From a bacterium (GTDB lineage: Bacteria > Sysuimicrobiota > Sysuimicrobiia > Sysuimicrobiales > Humicultoraceae), in NCBI GenBank assembly GCA_041497675.1, contig JBGQGY010000033.1:1-27463 (forward strand): a stretch of 27,463 nt of DNA. Direction: 5' to 3'. Under the pieces are notes generated by a model. The model did no database searches. It was not told where the DNA came from and saw nothing but the letters and a program-made list of their open reading frames with translations. Positions 1 through 9,045 of this stretch are shown piece after piece. Each line of letters begins with the position of its first letter. The stretch's first letter is position 1. A program made the position numbers and the translations under genes.

Positions 1-166
1 CCACAAGCAACGTCTTGCCTCGGATCGCGACCGGAGCGCTGGCATGCGCCATCTCGGGTCCGACGAGCGCACCCCACACCCGGCGGGCATGTGCCAACCG
101 CGCGGCCGGTTCGAGCCCCCACCCTGCTGCCGCCCGTGCTAGGATCTCTCGTATTGGGGTAACCAC
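1..166 (-). CDS. dciA: DUF721/DciA-family helicase loader protein, N-terminal part (runs off the window)
   Basis: Hand translation from GTG at 166, preceded by GGAGG: MVTPIREILARAAAGWGLEPAARLAHARRVWGALVGPEMAHASAPVAIRGKTLLV. Has the W..LVG...A....P....G.L.V pattern of DUF721 and overlaps the recF 3' end, the usual position. Not in the ORF track. Confidence 0.8.
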   Translation of the reverse strand, partial: MVTPIREILARAAAGWGLEPAARLAHARRVWGALVGPEMAHASAPVAIRGKTLLV

Positions 167-1248
167 GTGCCTCCCCTTAGCGTTCCGGCTTCAACCGCCA
201 CCACACACACCCGAGGTGCGTCGGGCGGCAGTTCCGTGGCCGTCAACAGAACCTGCCCGGCGCCGCTCAAGTCGAGCACGCGCCGCTGGCGGACGTGGTC
301 CAGTTCTGCCAGCGCGTCATCCAGCAATAATACCGGGGGCCCGCCTACCTCGCCCGACATGACCTCGCGCTCAGCCAGCCGAATAGCCAGCATAACCGTC
401 CGCCATTGTCCCTGCGACCCTACGCTACGCAAGGCGTGGTTGTCCAGCGATAAGAGGAGCTCGTCCCGCTGCGGTCCTGTGAGCGTGACCCCTCGTCGAG
501 ATTCTTCGGCGCGCCGCTGGGCAATTTGCCCCCTTGCATCCGTGGTCATCTCTTCTTCGCCTGTCCCCTGCCAGACGGCCTGATACACCACGCGGAGGTC
601 GCCTTCCCCTCCCAAGCGCTCGAACCACATGTTGGCGGCCGGACCTAGTCTCTCGATATAGCCCCGCCGGTGGATTGTCAACCGTACGCCCAGCGCGATC
701 ATCTGTGCGTCCCACGGATCTGTGCTGGCCGCGCGGCCCTGCCGGAGTGCCACGTTGCGCTGCATGAGCACTCGGTGGTAGCGATGCAGCGCAAAGTAGT
801 ACGCGGGACTGAGCTGGGAGAGCGCGGCATCGATGATACGGCGCCGCGCCGCGCCGGACCCGCGAATTACGTCCATGTCCCACGGTGCCACCATAACGAC
901 TGGCAGCCTCCCGAGTACGCTCCCGCGGGGCGTTAGGGCGCCGTTGACCTTCAACTGCACCGCTGCTCGTGCGTCATCTCGGCGGAGCGTGGCCTCGAGC
1001 TCCTCTTCGCGACCCGGTCGTGCAATGAACGCGCGGATTCGCCCGGCATCTTGGCCGAACCGGATCGTTTCTTCTTCATGCGCTGTTCGGTGTGATCGAC
1101 CGGTTGCGACGAGATACACGGCTTCGAGCAGGTTGGATTTCCCGCCACCGTTGGGTCCGGTAAACGCGGTAATCCCAGGTTCTATCGCGAGATCGACGCG
1201 CTCATAGTTACGAAACTCGCGGAGCCACAGCTGGCGTAGTCGGTGCAT
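139..1248 (-). CDS. recF: DNA replication and repair protein RecF
   Basis: FRNY motif, Walker A GPNGGGKS, SQGQ signature, LLLDDALAELD Walker B/D-loop; located downstream of dnaN. Confidence 0.97.
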   Translation of the reverse strand: MHRLRQLWLREFRNYERVDLAIEPGITAFTGPNGGGKSNLLEAVYLVATGRSHRTAHEEETIRFGQDAGRIRAFIARPGREEELEATLRRDDARAAVQLKVNGALTPRGSVLGRLPVVMVAPWDMDVIRGSGAARRRIIDAALSQLSPAYYFALHRYHRVLMQRNVALRQGRAASTDPWDAQMIALGVRLTIHRRGYIERLGPAANMWFERLGGEGDLRVVYQAVWQGTGEEEMTTDARGQIAQRRAEESRRGVTLTGPQRDELLLSLDNHALRSVGSQGQWRTVMLAIRLAEREVMSGEVGGPPVLLLDDALAELDHVRQRRVLDLSGAGQVLLTATELPPDAPRVCVVAVEAGTLRGGTWLPQYERS

Positions 1249-1480
1249 GGGCTTCTCTCACTACGAGAATTGTACCGCCGCCGCCCTGTAGGGTGATCCT
1301 ATCCCCGGGTCTAATTTGGCGTCCTCGTCGTGTTTCCACCTGACCATTTACCCGTACCCGCCCCTGACCAATGACGGTTTTAGCTTCTCCTCCGGTCGTG
1401 ACGAGGTTCGCCCACTTTAGGAGTGCCCCGAGTACAATCTGTGGCGTACGAATATACACTTCCCGTTTAGGTGGCAACAC
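1208..1480 (-). CDS. yaaA: S4-domain RNA-binding protein, YaaA family
   Basis: LGALLKWANLVTTGGEAK...VRVNGQVETRRGRQIRPGD; lies between dnaN and recF. Start uncertain (1480, 1477 or 1459). Confidence 0.9.
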   Translation of the reverse strand: MLPPKREVYIRTPQIVLGALLKWANLVTTGGEAKTVIGQGRVRVNGQVETRRGRQIRPGDRITLQGGGGTILVVREAHAPTTPAVAPRVS

Positions 1481-2576
1481 GCACCGGCGCCAGCACGTAG
1501 GTGTAATCGGTCTGTCCCGTCGGCCGGATGGAGCCCGGACTCAGCGGTCCGGTAAGGTCCAGCGCAATTTCCTCCGTGTCGATGACTTGAAGACAGTCGA
1601 GCAGATATCTGGCGTTGAACGCCGTCTGAATCGTCTCTCCTTCGGCGACAACAGGAATAGTCTCTTCAGAGCTGCCAAACTCCGGCGTGTTCGACGCAAG
1701 GTTCATCGTGTCGGCTGTCGCTTGTAGCCGTACGACGTTTGCGGAGTCCCGCGCGGTAATCGCTACCCGTTTGACTGCAGCGAGCATCTTTTCCGTCCCA
1801 ATGATGAGGTGCTGTTTATGGCCTTGGGGGATAACCTGCTGATAGTTGGGGAATGGTCCTGGAATGAGTCGGCTCACCAAACGTGCTCCAGGAAACGTAA
1901 ACACGATCTGGTTTTCTGCCAGTGCAATCTCGACCAGTCCTTCTCCGCCCGCCAGTGCGCGCACAAGTTCTCCCATAGCTTTCGCCGGCACAATCACTCC
2001 GACTTTTTGTGTCGCCGGCGTGCTAAGCTTCGCTGTTCGGAGCGCTAGCCGGCCACCGTCCGTGGCGACGAGCCGGATTTCATCACCGTCTAATACAAGA
2101 TACAGTCCGGTTAAGAACACGCGGGTTTCGTCTGTGGATACTGCGAATCCTGTTTGCCGAACCATCGTCCGTAAGAGACCTCCGTCGATAGTCGCTACGA
2201 CTGCCGTATCTACTTCAGGCATTAGCGGGAACTCGCTTGCTGGGATCCCAACGAGATCGTAGGTAATCCGCTCACACTGCAGCTCAACATTCCGGCCGTT
2301 TTCGTCGACTTTGATTTGGACCTGTCCGGCAGGCAGATTTGCAACAATCTCCGTAAACAACCGCGCGGGAAGAGTAATTGCACCGCCTTTTTTGATCGTC
2401 GCCGGGATCGTCGTTTGAATTCCATGATCCAAATCCGTCGCGGCAAACTTTACCCCATCTTTCTGTGTTTCAAGCAACACATTCGACAAGATCGGCATCG
2501 CGACTCGCGTTGACACCGCACGGCCAACAAGTGTCATAGCTCGGTTGAGCTGTTCCTGCGAGCAGGTAAATAACAT
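1467..2576 (-). CDS. dnaN: DNA polymerase III beta sliding clamp
   Basis: PILSNVLL, ATDLD, STDETRVFLTG, VATDGGRLA, FPNYQQVIP, AFNARYLLD and C-terminal APVR motifs; 369 aa. Confidence 0.98.
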   Translation of the reverse strand: MLFTCSQEQLNRAMTLVGRAVSTRVAMPILSNVLLETQKDGVKFAATDLDHGIQTTIPATIKKGGAITLPARLFTEIVANLPAGQVQIKVDENGRNVELQCERITYDLVGIPASEFPLMPEVDTAVVATIDGGLLRTMVRQTGFAVSTDETRVFLTGLYLVLDGDEIRLVATDGGRLALRTAKLSTPATQKVGVIVPAKAMGELVRALAGGEGLVEIALAENQIVFTFPGARLVSRLIPGPFPNYQQVIPQGHKQHLIIGTEKMLAAVKRVAITARDSANVVRLQATADTMNLASNTPEFGSSEETIPVVAEGETIQTAFNARYLLDCLQVIDTEEIALDLTGPLSPGSIRPTGQTDYTYVLAPVRVAT

Positions 2577-2621
2577 TTCGAACTCCCTCTCTTACTGAAG
2601 TAATTCTATTGTAGAAAGAAC

Positions 2622-2782
2622 TAGTAGTCGTAGTAAGGGGTGTGGATAGTGTGGATGAAGTGTTGTTTTAGGCACTAGGTACCGCGAGAGAGGCATTTTG
2701 GTGATGGGGGTGGCGTGTGGATAACCAGGGCCAAAAGACCTATGGTGCACACGCAGAGACAAGGAAAGCAATGTTATGCACA
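2622..2782. promoter_or_regulatory. oriC: oriC unwinding half: DnaA-trios plus DnaA boxes in the dnaA-dnaN spacer
   Basis: TAG TAG TCG TAG TAA (2622-2636), GGGG, tandem boxes TGTGGATAG (2641-2649) and TGTGGATGA (2650-2658), perfect TGTGGATAA (2716-2724), TTATGCACA (2774-2782); AT-rich stretch at about 2590-2620. Confidence 0.88.
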
Positions 2783-2785
2783 TGT

Positions 2786-4132
2786 TCAGCCGGCGTGTCG
2801 TTGTAGGTCTTCGTTCAACCGCTTGATACTTGCAGCCAAATAGGCGTCCTGGCGTAGGGCTTCTCGCACCCGCCGGCAGGCGTGGATGACAGTCGTATGG
2901 TCGCGGCCCCCAAACTCTTCGCCGATCCGCGGCAGAGAGGCTTCGGTGAGTTCGCGCGCGAGATACATGGCGATCTGGCGAGGGAACGCGACGCCTTTCG
3001 TCCGGCGCTTTGCGCGCATTTCTTCCGGACCGATCCCAAAAAACTCAGCCACAGCGAGTTGGATGGCCTGGATAGTTACCACGCGTGCGCGAGCGGGCGG
3101 CAAGAGATCACGGAGGACGTCGGCGGCAAGATCGACGGTGACAGAAGCACGCGTCAGGGAGGCATACGCGACCACACGGACAAGCGCTCCCTCAAGCTCG
3201 CGGATGTTCGAATGAATGCGTTGCGCGATAAACTCGGCGACGTCATCGGGTACAGGGATCCGTTCCATCTCCCCTTTCTTGCGGAGAATAGCAATGCGCG
3301 TTTCGAGGTCGGGCGGCTGGATATCCGCGATCAGCCCCCACTCAAACCGGCTTCGAAGCCGGGCTTCAAGTGTCGGGATCTCCTTCGGGGGACGATCGGA
3401 GGTAATAATGATCTGACGGCTCGACTCGTGTAGGGTGTTGAACGTGTGGAAAAACTCCTCCTGCGTGCGTTCCTTCCCGGCGAGGAACTGGATATCGTCA
3501 ATGAGGAGTACGTCAACGTGCCGATACCGCTGGCGAAACTCGAGGGTCTTGTCGTCCCGGATAGCGTTGATGAGTTCGTTGGTAAACTTCTCGCTGCTAA
3601 TATATGCGACCCGAACAGCGCCACCATCAGCAAGAACCCGGTGCCCGATTGCTTGGAGGAGGTGCGTTTTCCCCAGGCCAACGCCGCCGTAGATGAACAA
3701 GGGATTATAGGCCCGCGCCGGCGCCTCGGCGACGGCAGTAGCGGCGGCGTGCGCGAAGCGGTTGCCTGCACCGACGACGAACGTTTCAAAGGTGTACTTC
3801 GGGGATAGATGTAGACTGTCCCGGTTGCGAAGCAAAGGGACAGATACGGACTGCACGGGTGGCGCGGTCCGCGGGGCATCGGCAACGGTAATTTGAACGT
3901 TGAGCGGGCGCCCGCCCGCCACCGAGAGCGCAGTTCGCACGGTGCCGAGGAGGCGTTGCTCGACCCACTCTTTGGCGAACCGATTCGGGACAGCCAGAAT
4001 GAACGTGTCCCCCTGTAGCCCGACTGGCCGCATGATCTTGAGGAACGACTCTAGAGTCGGCTTGTTCAGCTGGCCTTCAATGTGCCGCAGAGCCTCTGCC
4101 CAGAGCGTTGTCGGAGGTACATCAATCGACAC
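2786..4132 (-). CDS. dnaA: Chromosomal replication initiator DnaA
   Basis: YTFETFVVGAGN, YNPLFIYGGVGLGKTHL, LLIDDIQF, RLRSRFEWGL, NIRELEGAL, GGRDHTTVIHA; RBS GAGAGGAG. Confidence 0.99.
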   Translation of the reverse strand: MSIDVPPTTLWAEALRHIEGQLNKPTLESFLKIMRPVGLQGDTFILAVPNRFAKEWVEQRLLGTVRTALSVAGGRPLNVQITVADAPRTAPPVQSVSVPLLRNRDSLHLSPKYTFETFVVGAGNRFAHAAATAVAEAPARAYNPLFIYGGVGLGKTHLLQAIGHRVLADGGAVRVAYISSEKFTNELINAIRDDKTLEFRQRYRHVDVLLIDDIQFLAGKERTQEEFFHTFNTLHESSRQIIITSDRPPKEIPTLEARLRSRFEWGLIADIQPPDLETRIAILRKKGEMERIPVPDDVAEFIAQRIHSNIRELEGALVRVVAYASLTRASVTVDLAADVLRDLLPPARARVVTIQAIQLAVAEFFGIGPEEMRAKRRTKGVAFPRQIAMYLARELTEASLPRIGEEFGGRDHTTVIHACRRVREALRQDAYLAASIKRLNEDLQRHAG

Positions 4133-4176
4133 GGAAGACTCCTCTCATCCCAAAATGCGCGAGGAGACGCTGTTCC

Positions 4177-4968
4177 CTACGCCTTGAACACCTCGTCGAG
4201 GCGGGCCACGCCCTCCTCGGTAAGTGTGCGCTTACCGCGTCCCTTCCCGGTCAGCAACCCTAAGGCTTGTAACGCCAGCAATTCCCGGTAGGCCGTACTG
4301 TGGCTGATATCCAGCTCTTTGGCTACGGACGTGGGTCCGGCAGCGCCAAGCTCGGCGATGAGCAGCAGGACCTTCTTCTGGCGGGGGGAGACTTCGAGAC
4401 GGTGCACGGGAACGTCCGCCGCGAGGGGGGTGGCACCGGCAGTGTCACCCCGCAGGCTGAGGGTCACAACGGTACCGCGATCGAGGTTGTCTTCGATGGT
4501 TAGGGTGCCGCCAAGAAACCCCAATTGTTCCTTCGCAACCGGTAGGCCGCTCCCCACCCCGCGGATCAGGCGACGCATCTCGGCCGTCGCCGTAGAAAAG
4601 CCCGGGAGGAGAGCGCGCTGCTTGTCTGCAATCCCCGGCCCCTGGTCTGAGATACGGATGGTATTGCCGTTATCGAGAATAGTCACAGTCGCGTTCTGAA
4701 ACAGCGCATGGATGAGGTTCTCAACGACCTCGCGAATAACCACATAGGGAACTTTGCCACCCCGCTCGTGTGATGCGGCGTATGTGCGCGCAGCGATCTC
4801 GCCAACCAGCGTATTGAAACTGTCGCCACGGAGGGACGTGACCTGCGGTTCCGCGACAAGAGAGTCATACACGGCCAGCCGGACCTCTGGCCCTTCGGTG
4901 CCGACGGAGGACGCCGACGGCGCCCGCCGCTCCTCGATCAAACGGGCGATGAGTTCTTGGATGGACAT
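4177..4968 (-). CDS. GHKL (HATPase_c) ATPase/kinase domain fused to a C-terminal winged helix-turn-helix; function unknown
   Basis: N-box REVVENLIHA, G1 DQGPGI, GFST, G2 GVGSGLP, GTVVTL; C-terminus SPRQKKVLLLI...GPTSVAKELDISHSTAYRELLALQALGLL...GKRTLT. ATG at 4968 follows a GGGGGAG RBS (the ORF track start is 5004). Confidence 0.85.
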   Translation of the reverse strand: MSIQELIARLIEERRAPSASSVGTEGPEVRLAVYDSLVAEPQVTSLRGDSFNTLVGEIAARTYAASHERGGKVPYVVIREVVENLIHALFQNATVTILDNGNTIRISDQGPGIADKQRALLPGFSTATAEMRRLIRGVGSGLPVAKEQLGFLGGTLTIEDNLDRGTVVTLSLRGDTAGATPLAADVPVHRLEVSPRQKKVLLLIAELGAAGPTSVAKELDISHSTAYRELLALQALGLLTGKGRGKRTLTEEGVARLDEVFKA

Positions 4969-5083
4969 CGCTCCCCCGGCTGTTGGGTAACGATTGTCTA
5001 GCATGACGAGAGACTCCTACCACGGCTGACCAGCACCGCCCGAGTTCACGATGATCCACGGGCGGTCACGCACGCGGCAGTGC

Positions 5084-5331
5084 TGTGGATAGATTCTCTG
5101 GGCAGCGCCGTAGATTCTCTCTGAAAGTGACGGGTTCCTGCTGCGGGGAAAAGGGCGCATCTGCGCGCCCCGACGGGCGCTTGGTGGTTATCCACAGACG
5201 CCGAACATCCTGTGGACAACCAACGAAGCCATGTGGACAACATGCGCAGACATGCCCGAGACGAACAATTTGCGGGCGGGGCGAGTGAATCGTGTGCGGG
5301 AAAATGTGCACAAGGAGGGGTGTTGTCCACA
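5084..5331. promoter_or_regulatory. oriC: Second DnaA-box cluster (upstream half of oriC / dnaA-operon regulatory region)
   Basis: TGTGGATAG 5084-5092, perfect TTATCCACA 5188-5196, TGTGGACAA 5211-5219 and 5232-5240, TGTGCACAA 5305-5313, TTGTCCACA 5323-5331. Confidence 0.87.
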
Positions 5332-5372
5332 AGATACCCACACCCGAAACGAGAGATGCTTTGAGGGCGACG

Positions 5373-5402
5373 TTGCTCGTTGACCGGGCCCTGTGGTATA
5401 TT
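5373..5402 (+). promoter_or_regulatory. Putative sigma70-type promoter of the rpmH operon
   Basis: TTGCTC (5373-5378), 18 bp spacer, extended -10 TGgTATATT (TATATT 5397-5402). Confidence 0.55.
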
Positions 5403-5409
5403 GGGCCGC

Positions 5410-5550
5410 GTGAAGCGGACATATCAACCCAAGAAGCGGGCCCGGAAGAGGGTGCATGGATTTCGCGCCCGCATGCGGACACCCGGCGGTCGGCGAGTCC
5501 TGAAGCGGCGCCGGGCGAAGGGGAGGCATCGACTGACCGTTTCAGGGTAG
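5410..5550 (+). CDS. rpmH: 50S ribosomal protein L34
   Basis: Hand translation [46 protein letters not shown] (46 aa, GTG start); absent from the ORF track, presumably because it is short. Confidence 0.98.
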   Translation: MKRTYQPKKRARKRVHGFRARMRTPGGRRVLKRRRAKGRHRLTVSG

Positions 5551-5556
5551 GGCCAG

Positions 5557-5919
5557 ATGAACCCCCGATCTTCGCTGGGGAGACTCGCACGAGACGGAGA
5601 CTTTCGAGTCGCCTACCGCGAGGGTGCTCGCCACGTTACCACCCACCTTGTCATCTACGCCCGACCCAATACGTTGAATACGGTTCGACTGGGAGTGGTT
5701 GTGGGCAAACGGTTTGGGCGCGCCACGGTGCGCAACCGGTTGCGGCGCCGTCTACGAGAGGCCACGCGTTCCTTGGCGGCACAGATCCAGGCGGGGGTTG
5801 ATCTTGTGCTGTCGCCTCGCGTGGGCGCGGTCGCAAAGTCGTTCGGCGATCTTCGAGACGAGATGAAAACCGGGTTGACCGCCGCGAGGGTCCTGCGCGA
5901 GGAGACTGAACAACCCTGA
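5557..5919 (+). CDS. rnpA: Ribonuclease P protein component
   Basis: [25 protein letters not shown] (RNR motif); follows rpmH. Confidence 0.96.
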   Translation: MNPRSSLGRLARDGDFRVAYREGARHVTTHLVIYARPNTLNTVRLGVVVGKRFGRATVRNRLRRRLREATRSLAAQIQAGVDLVLSPRVGAVAKSFGDLRDEMKTGLTAARVLREETEQP

Positions 5920-6131
5920 TGGCCACGCGGGTGCTCTTGGCACTGATCGCAGGCTACAGAAGGGGTCTCTCTCCCCTCTTACCGCGAGCTTGTCGGTTCA
6001 CGCCATCGTGCTCGGTCTACGCCGCTGAAGCCATCGGCCGACACGGCGCGGGGCGAGGTGTGGTATTGACGATCAAGCGGCTCGTCCGCTGCCACCCCTT
6101 TCACGCGGGTGGTTACGATCCGGTACCCTGA
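5919..6131 (+). CDS. yidD: Membrane protein insertion efficiency factor YidD
   Basis: [11 protein letters not shown]...[15 protein letters not shown]. Confidence 0.96.
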   Translation: MATRVLLALIAGYRRGLSPLLPRACRFTPSCSVYAAEAIGRHGAGRGVVLTIKRLVRCHPFHAGGYDPVP

Positions 6132-6143
6132 GGAGGACGCCGC

Positions 6144-6839
6144 GTGCTTGATCCCATCATAAGAATATTCACGCCGGCCCTCGAGGCGCTGCGGGCATTC
6201 ACGGGCAGTTACGTTGCCGCCATCATCCTGTTGACGGCCGCCATACGGCTCATTCTCCACCCCCTCACGCGGAAACAGCTCAACTCGATGAAAGTGATGC
6301 AGGCGCTGGCGCCACAGGTTGAGGTGCTACGGCGCAAGTACAAGGACGACTCCAAGAAACTGAACACCGAAATGATGGCGATGTACAAAGCAAACAACGC
6401 GAACCCTTTCGGCGGATGTTTGCCGCTGCTGATACAGTTTCCGATCCTGATCGCCCTGTACCGGGTGATCGTCAACGCGGGAACGTTTGGTGGTGAAACA
6501 TTGATGGGCGTGCAGCTCAGCCACCACCCCGACAAGGACGTATTGCTGGCCCACCCCATATTGATCATCATTCCCGTGTTGAATGGCGCGGTGAGTTACT
6601 TGCAACAGCAGTTATCCGTCACCGACCCGCAACAAGCCAAAATGTTCATTTTTATGCCGATCTTCCTTGCGTTCATGTCGCTTCAGTTTCCTCTTGCGCT
6701 CTCGGTCTACTGGATCTCCTCGACGGCGCTGTATGTCGTGGAGTACCTAATCGTTGTCGGCCGGCCGAAGAAGTCCGGCGTGGCGCCGCCAAAAGAGATG
6801 CGGAAGACGGCGCGGACAAGAGCCGAAGGCGGTGCCTAA
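6144..6839 (+). CDS. yidC: YidC/Oxa1 membrane protein insertase (short form, no large periplasmic domain)
   Basis: IRLILHPL..KQ..SM, NPFGGCLPLLIQFPILIALY, LSVYW motifs. Confidence 0.95.
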   Translation: MLDPIIRIFTPALEALRAFTGSYVAAIILLTAAIRLILHPLTRKQLNSMKVMQALAPQVEVLRRKYKDDSKKLNTEMMAMYKANNANPFGGCLPLLIQFPILIALYRVIVNAGTFGGETLMGVQLSHHPDKDVLLAHPILIIIPVLNGAVSYLQQQLSVTDPQQAKMFIFMPIFLAFMSLQFPLALSVYWISSTALYVVEYLIVVGRPKKSGVAPPKEMRKTARTRAEGGA

Positions 6840-6847
6840 GCCGGTCA

Positions 6848-7498
6848 ATGAATCAGACTGAAGCAAGCGGACGCACGATCGAGGAAGCGACTACAGCCGC
6901 GCTAGGGTTGATTGGGGCGGCCCGAGAGGAAGTCGACGTCGAAGTCCTGCAGGAACCCAAACCGGCCATTCTCGGATTTGGTGGGCGCGAAGCACGCGTC
7001 AGAGTCACCAGGCAGGCGTCATACGGTACGCTTGCCCGAGACGTCGCCACGCAGATGCTCGGACTCATGGGGTATTCTGTAACGGCAGAGCTGTCCGACG
7101 AAGGTCCAGACGGAGCGTCGATCATGCTGTCTGGACAGGACCTGTCCGGGTTGATTGGACGTCATGGGCACACATTGGATGCGCTCGAATTTCTGGTGGG
7201 CATGCACGTTTTCCGGAGTCGGGGCAGCAAAGTGGGGCTCGTCATTGACGCCGGCGGGTACCGCGTACGTCGAGAGAAGGCGCTGGTCGAAATGGCGCAC
7301 CAGGCCAGCGAACGCGCTACCCAGGAATCCCTCCCGATTGCCCTGGAGCCGATGGAAGCAAAGGAACGCCGCGTTGTGCATTTGGCACTGCGTGATGACC
7401 CGCGTGTGGCGACTGCCAGCCAGGGTGAAGAGGGATCCCGATTCGTCGTCGTGACGCCGGTGGCCCTCGGCTCAACAGAAGATACCGACGCCCCGTAG
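6848..7498 (+). CDS. jag: Jag/EloR (KhpB) RNA-binding protein with Jag_N, KH and R3H domains
   Basis: GRTIEEA...VEVLQEP..ILGFG, LIGRHGHTLDAL, LEPMEAKERRVVH. Confidence 0.95.
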   Translation: MNQTEASGRTIEEATTAALGLIGAAREEVDVEVLQEPKPAILGFGGREARVRVTRQASYGTLARDVATQMLGLMGYSVTAELSDEGPDGASIMLSGQDLSGLIGRHGHTLDALEFLVGMHVFRSRGSKVGLVIDAGGYRVRREKALVEMAHQASERATQESLPIALEPMEAKERRVVHLALRDDPRVATASQGEEGSRFVVVTPVALGSTEDTDAP

Positions 7499-7502
7499 GG
7501 GC

Positions 7503-8255
7503 GTGGAGCCAGCACTCGAGCAACTCGAAGCAGCAGCGGCAACCCTGGGAGTGGCGCTGCCGGCTCTCGCCGTCGACAGCCTCCGCCGCTACGCCGGCGA
7601 GCTGCTGTTGTGGCGGGCGCGTCTGAACCTCACCGGAGCCACCACGCTGTCTGCGCTCGTCGACCCCCACCTCCTTGACGTCCTCCTCCTGATTGCTGCG
7701 GTCAACATCCCGGAAGGCGCGGCGGTCGTCGATGTCGGGACCGGCGCGGGACTCCCTGGCATCCCGCTGAAGCTCATCCGGCGGGATGTCCGTGTAGTGC
7801 TCGTCGAGGCGTCACGGAGGAAGGTGGCATTTCTGGAGCACCTGCAGACAGCACTCGGACTGGACGATGTACGAATCGAATGGGGGCGAGCCGAGGACTT
7901 GGCGCACCGCCGAGACCTGCGTGAAACATTCGATATCGGGGCGACCCGGGCAACCGCGCACCTGGCGGCCGCGGCGGAGCTCTGCCTGCCGTTTGTCAGG
8001 GTTGAAGGAGTGGCTGTCTGCCTGAAGGGGCCTGGTGTTCTCCGAGAACTCGATCATGCGGCGCTGCTGGTTGAGGCGCTCGGAGCTAGGATCGAGTCCC
8101 ATGAACAAATACCGTTGCCGACAACGGAAATTATCCGCACCATTGTCATCTTACGCAAACGGCATACAACACCGGAGGGATATCCCAGAGCTGCGCATGC
8201 TTTGGGCAGACCCCCGCGATTGCACAAGGGAACCCAAGGATCGGCCGCCGAATGA
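7503..8255 (+). CDS. rsmG: 16S rRNA m7G527 methyltransferase
   Basis: LNLTG, HLLD, VVDVGTGAGLPGIPL, GRAEDL, CLPF...LKG. Confidence 0.93.
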   Translation: MEPALEQLEAAAATLGVALPALAVDSLRRYAGELLLWRARLNLTGATTLSALVDPHLLDVLLLIAAVNIPEGAAVVDVGTGAGLPGIPLKLIRRDVRVVLVEASRRKVAFLEHLQTALGLDDVRIEWGRAEDLAHRRDLRETFDIGATRATAHLAAAAELCLPFVRVEGVAVCLKGPGVLRELDHAALLVEALGARIESHEQIPLPTTEIIRTIVILRKRHTTPEGYPRAAHALGRPPRLHKGTQGSAAE

Positions 8256-8268
8256 TTCCACTGCCACC

Positions 8269-9045
8269 GTGCCGCGCATCATTGCCATCGTCAACCAGAA
8301 GGGCGGGGTCGGGAAGTCCACGACGGCAGTAAATCTCGGCGCCTGCCTGGCAGGGGCCGGCCACCGGACCCTGCTCGTCGACCTCGATCCTCAAGCAAAC
8401 GCCACAAGCGGGCTGGGAATGCCCCGGGACCGAGAATCCGGATCGGTTTATGACCTGTTGCTTGGTGAGGCCACGCTGGCCGAGTGTGTCATTTCGACCG
8501 CGGTACCCAACTTGGACATCGTCCCCAGCACCATCAATCTCGCCGGCGCCGAAGTGGAGATGGCCGGTATCGCGGGGCGAGAGACGCTTCTACGCACCGC
8601 CATTGCCGGCGCTTCCTACACCTTTGTCTTATTGGACTCCCCCCCTTCTCTCGGGCTGTTGACAATCAACGCGCTGACGGCTGCGTCTGAGGCCCTGATC
8701 CCACTCCAGTGCGAGTACTACGCGCTTGAGGGACTGACACAGCTCCTCCAATCCGTCGAGCTGGTCCGCCGGCACCTCAATCCTTCCCTTGAGGTCAGTG
8801 GGGTGTTGTTGACCATGTATGATTCCAGGACAAACCTCTCGGATCAGGTGGCCTCCGAGGTGCGTCGGTTCTTCGGTGAGAGGGTCTACAACACCGTCAT
8901 TCCCCGCAGCGTTCGTCTTGCCGAGGCGCCGAGTCATGGCAAGCCGATAACGGCCTACGATCCAGACTCACGGGGCGCCAAGGCCTATCTTGAGCTCGCC
9001 AAAGAGGTGATCGCTCGTGGACACCAACTCTCCTCTGCCCCCTGA
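8269..9045 (+). CDS. parA: Chromosome partitioning ATPase ParA/Soj
   Basis: NQKGGVGKSTT, DLDPQAN, DSPPSLGLLT, PLQCEYYALEGL, RLAEAPSHG. Likely start GTG 8269; the track ORF extends upstream into rsmG. Confidence 0.96.
   Translation: MPRIIAIVNQKGGVGKSTTAVNLGACLAGAGHRTLLVDLDPQANATSGLGMPRDRESGSVYDLLLGEATLAECVISTAVPNLDIVPSTINLAGAEVEMAGIAGRETLLRTAIAGASYTFVLLDSPPSLGLLTINALTAASEALIPLQCEYYALEGLTQLLQSVELVRRHLNPSLEVSGVLLTMYDSRTNLSDQVASEVRRFFGERVYNTVIPRSVRLAEAPSHGKPITAYDPDSRGAKAYLELAKEVIARGHQLSSAP

Noticed and set aside
2592..2783. 63-aa ORF between dnaA and dnaN
   Set aside because: It coincides with DnaA boxes and trios; the region is better explained as oriC
5380..5402. TTGACC as the -35 of the rpmH promoter
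   Set aside because: It is only 11 bp from the -10 element, so the spacing is incompatible
5046..5801. Several ORFs across the DnaA-box cluster and rpmH/rnpA
   Set aside because: They overlap origin elements and real genes in other frames and have no protein-like features
8035..8268. Upstream extensions of parA (also gcvT from 11510, gcvPB from 14449, lexA from 17082)
   Set aside because: They overlap upstream genes or promoters; family homology begins at the later starts
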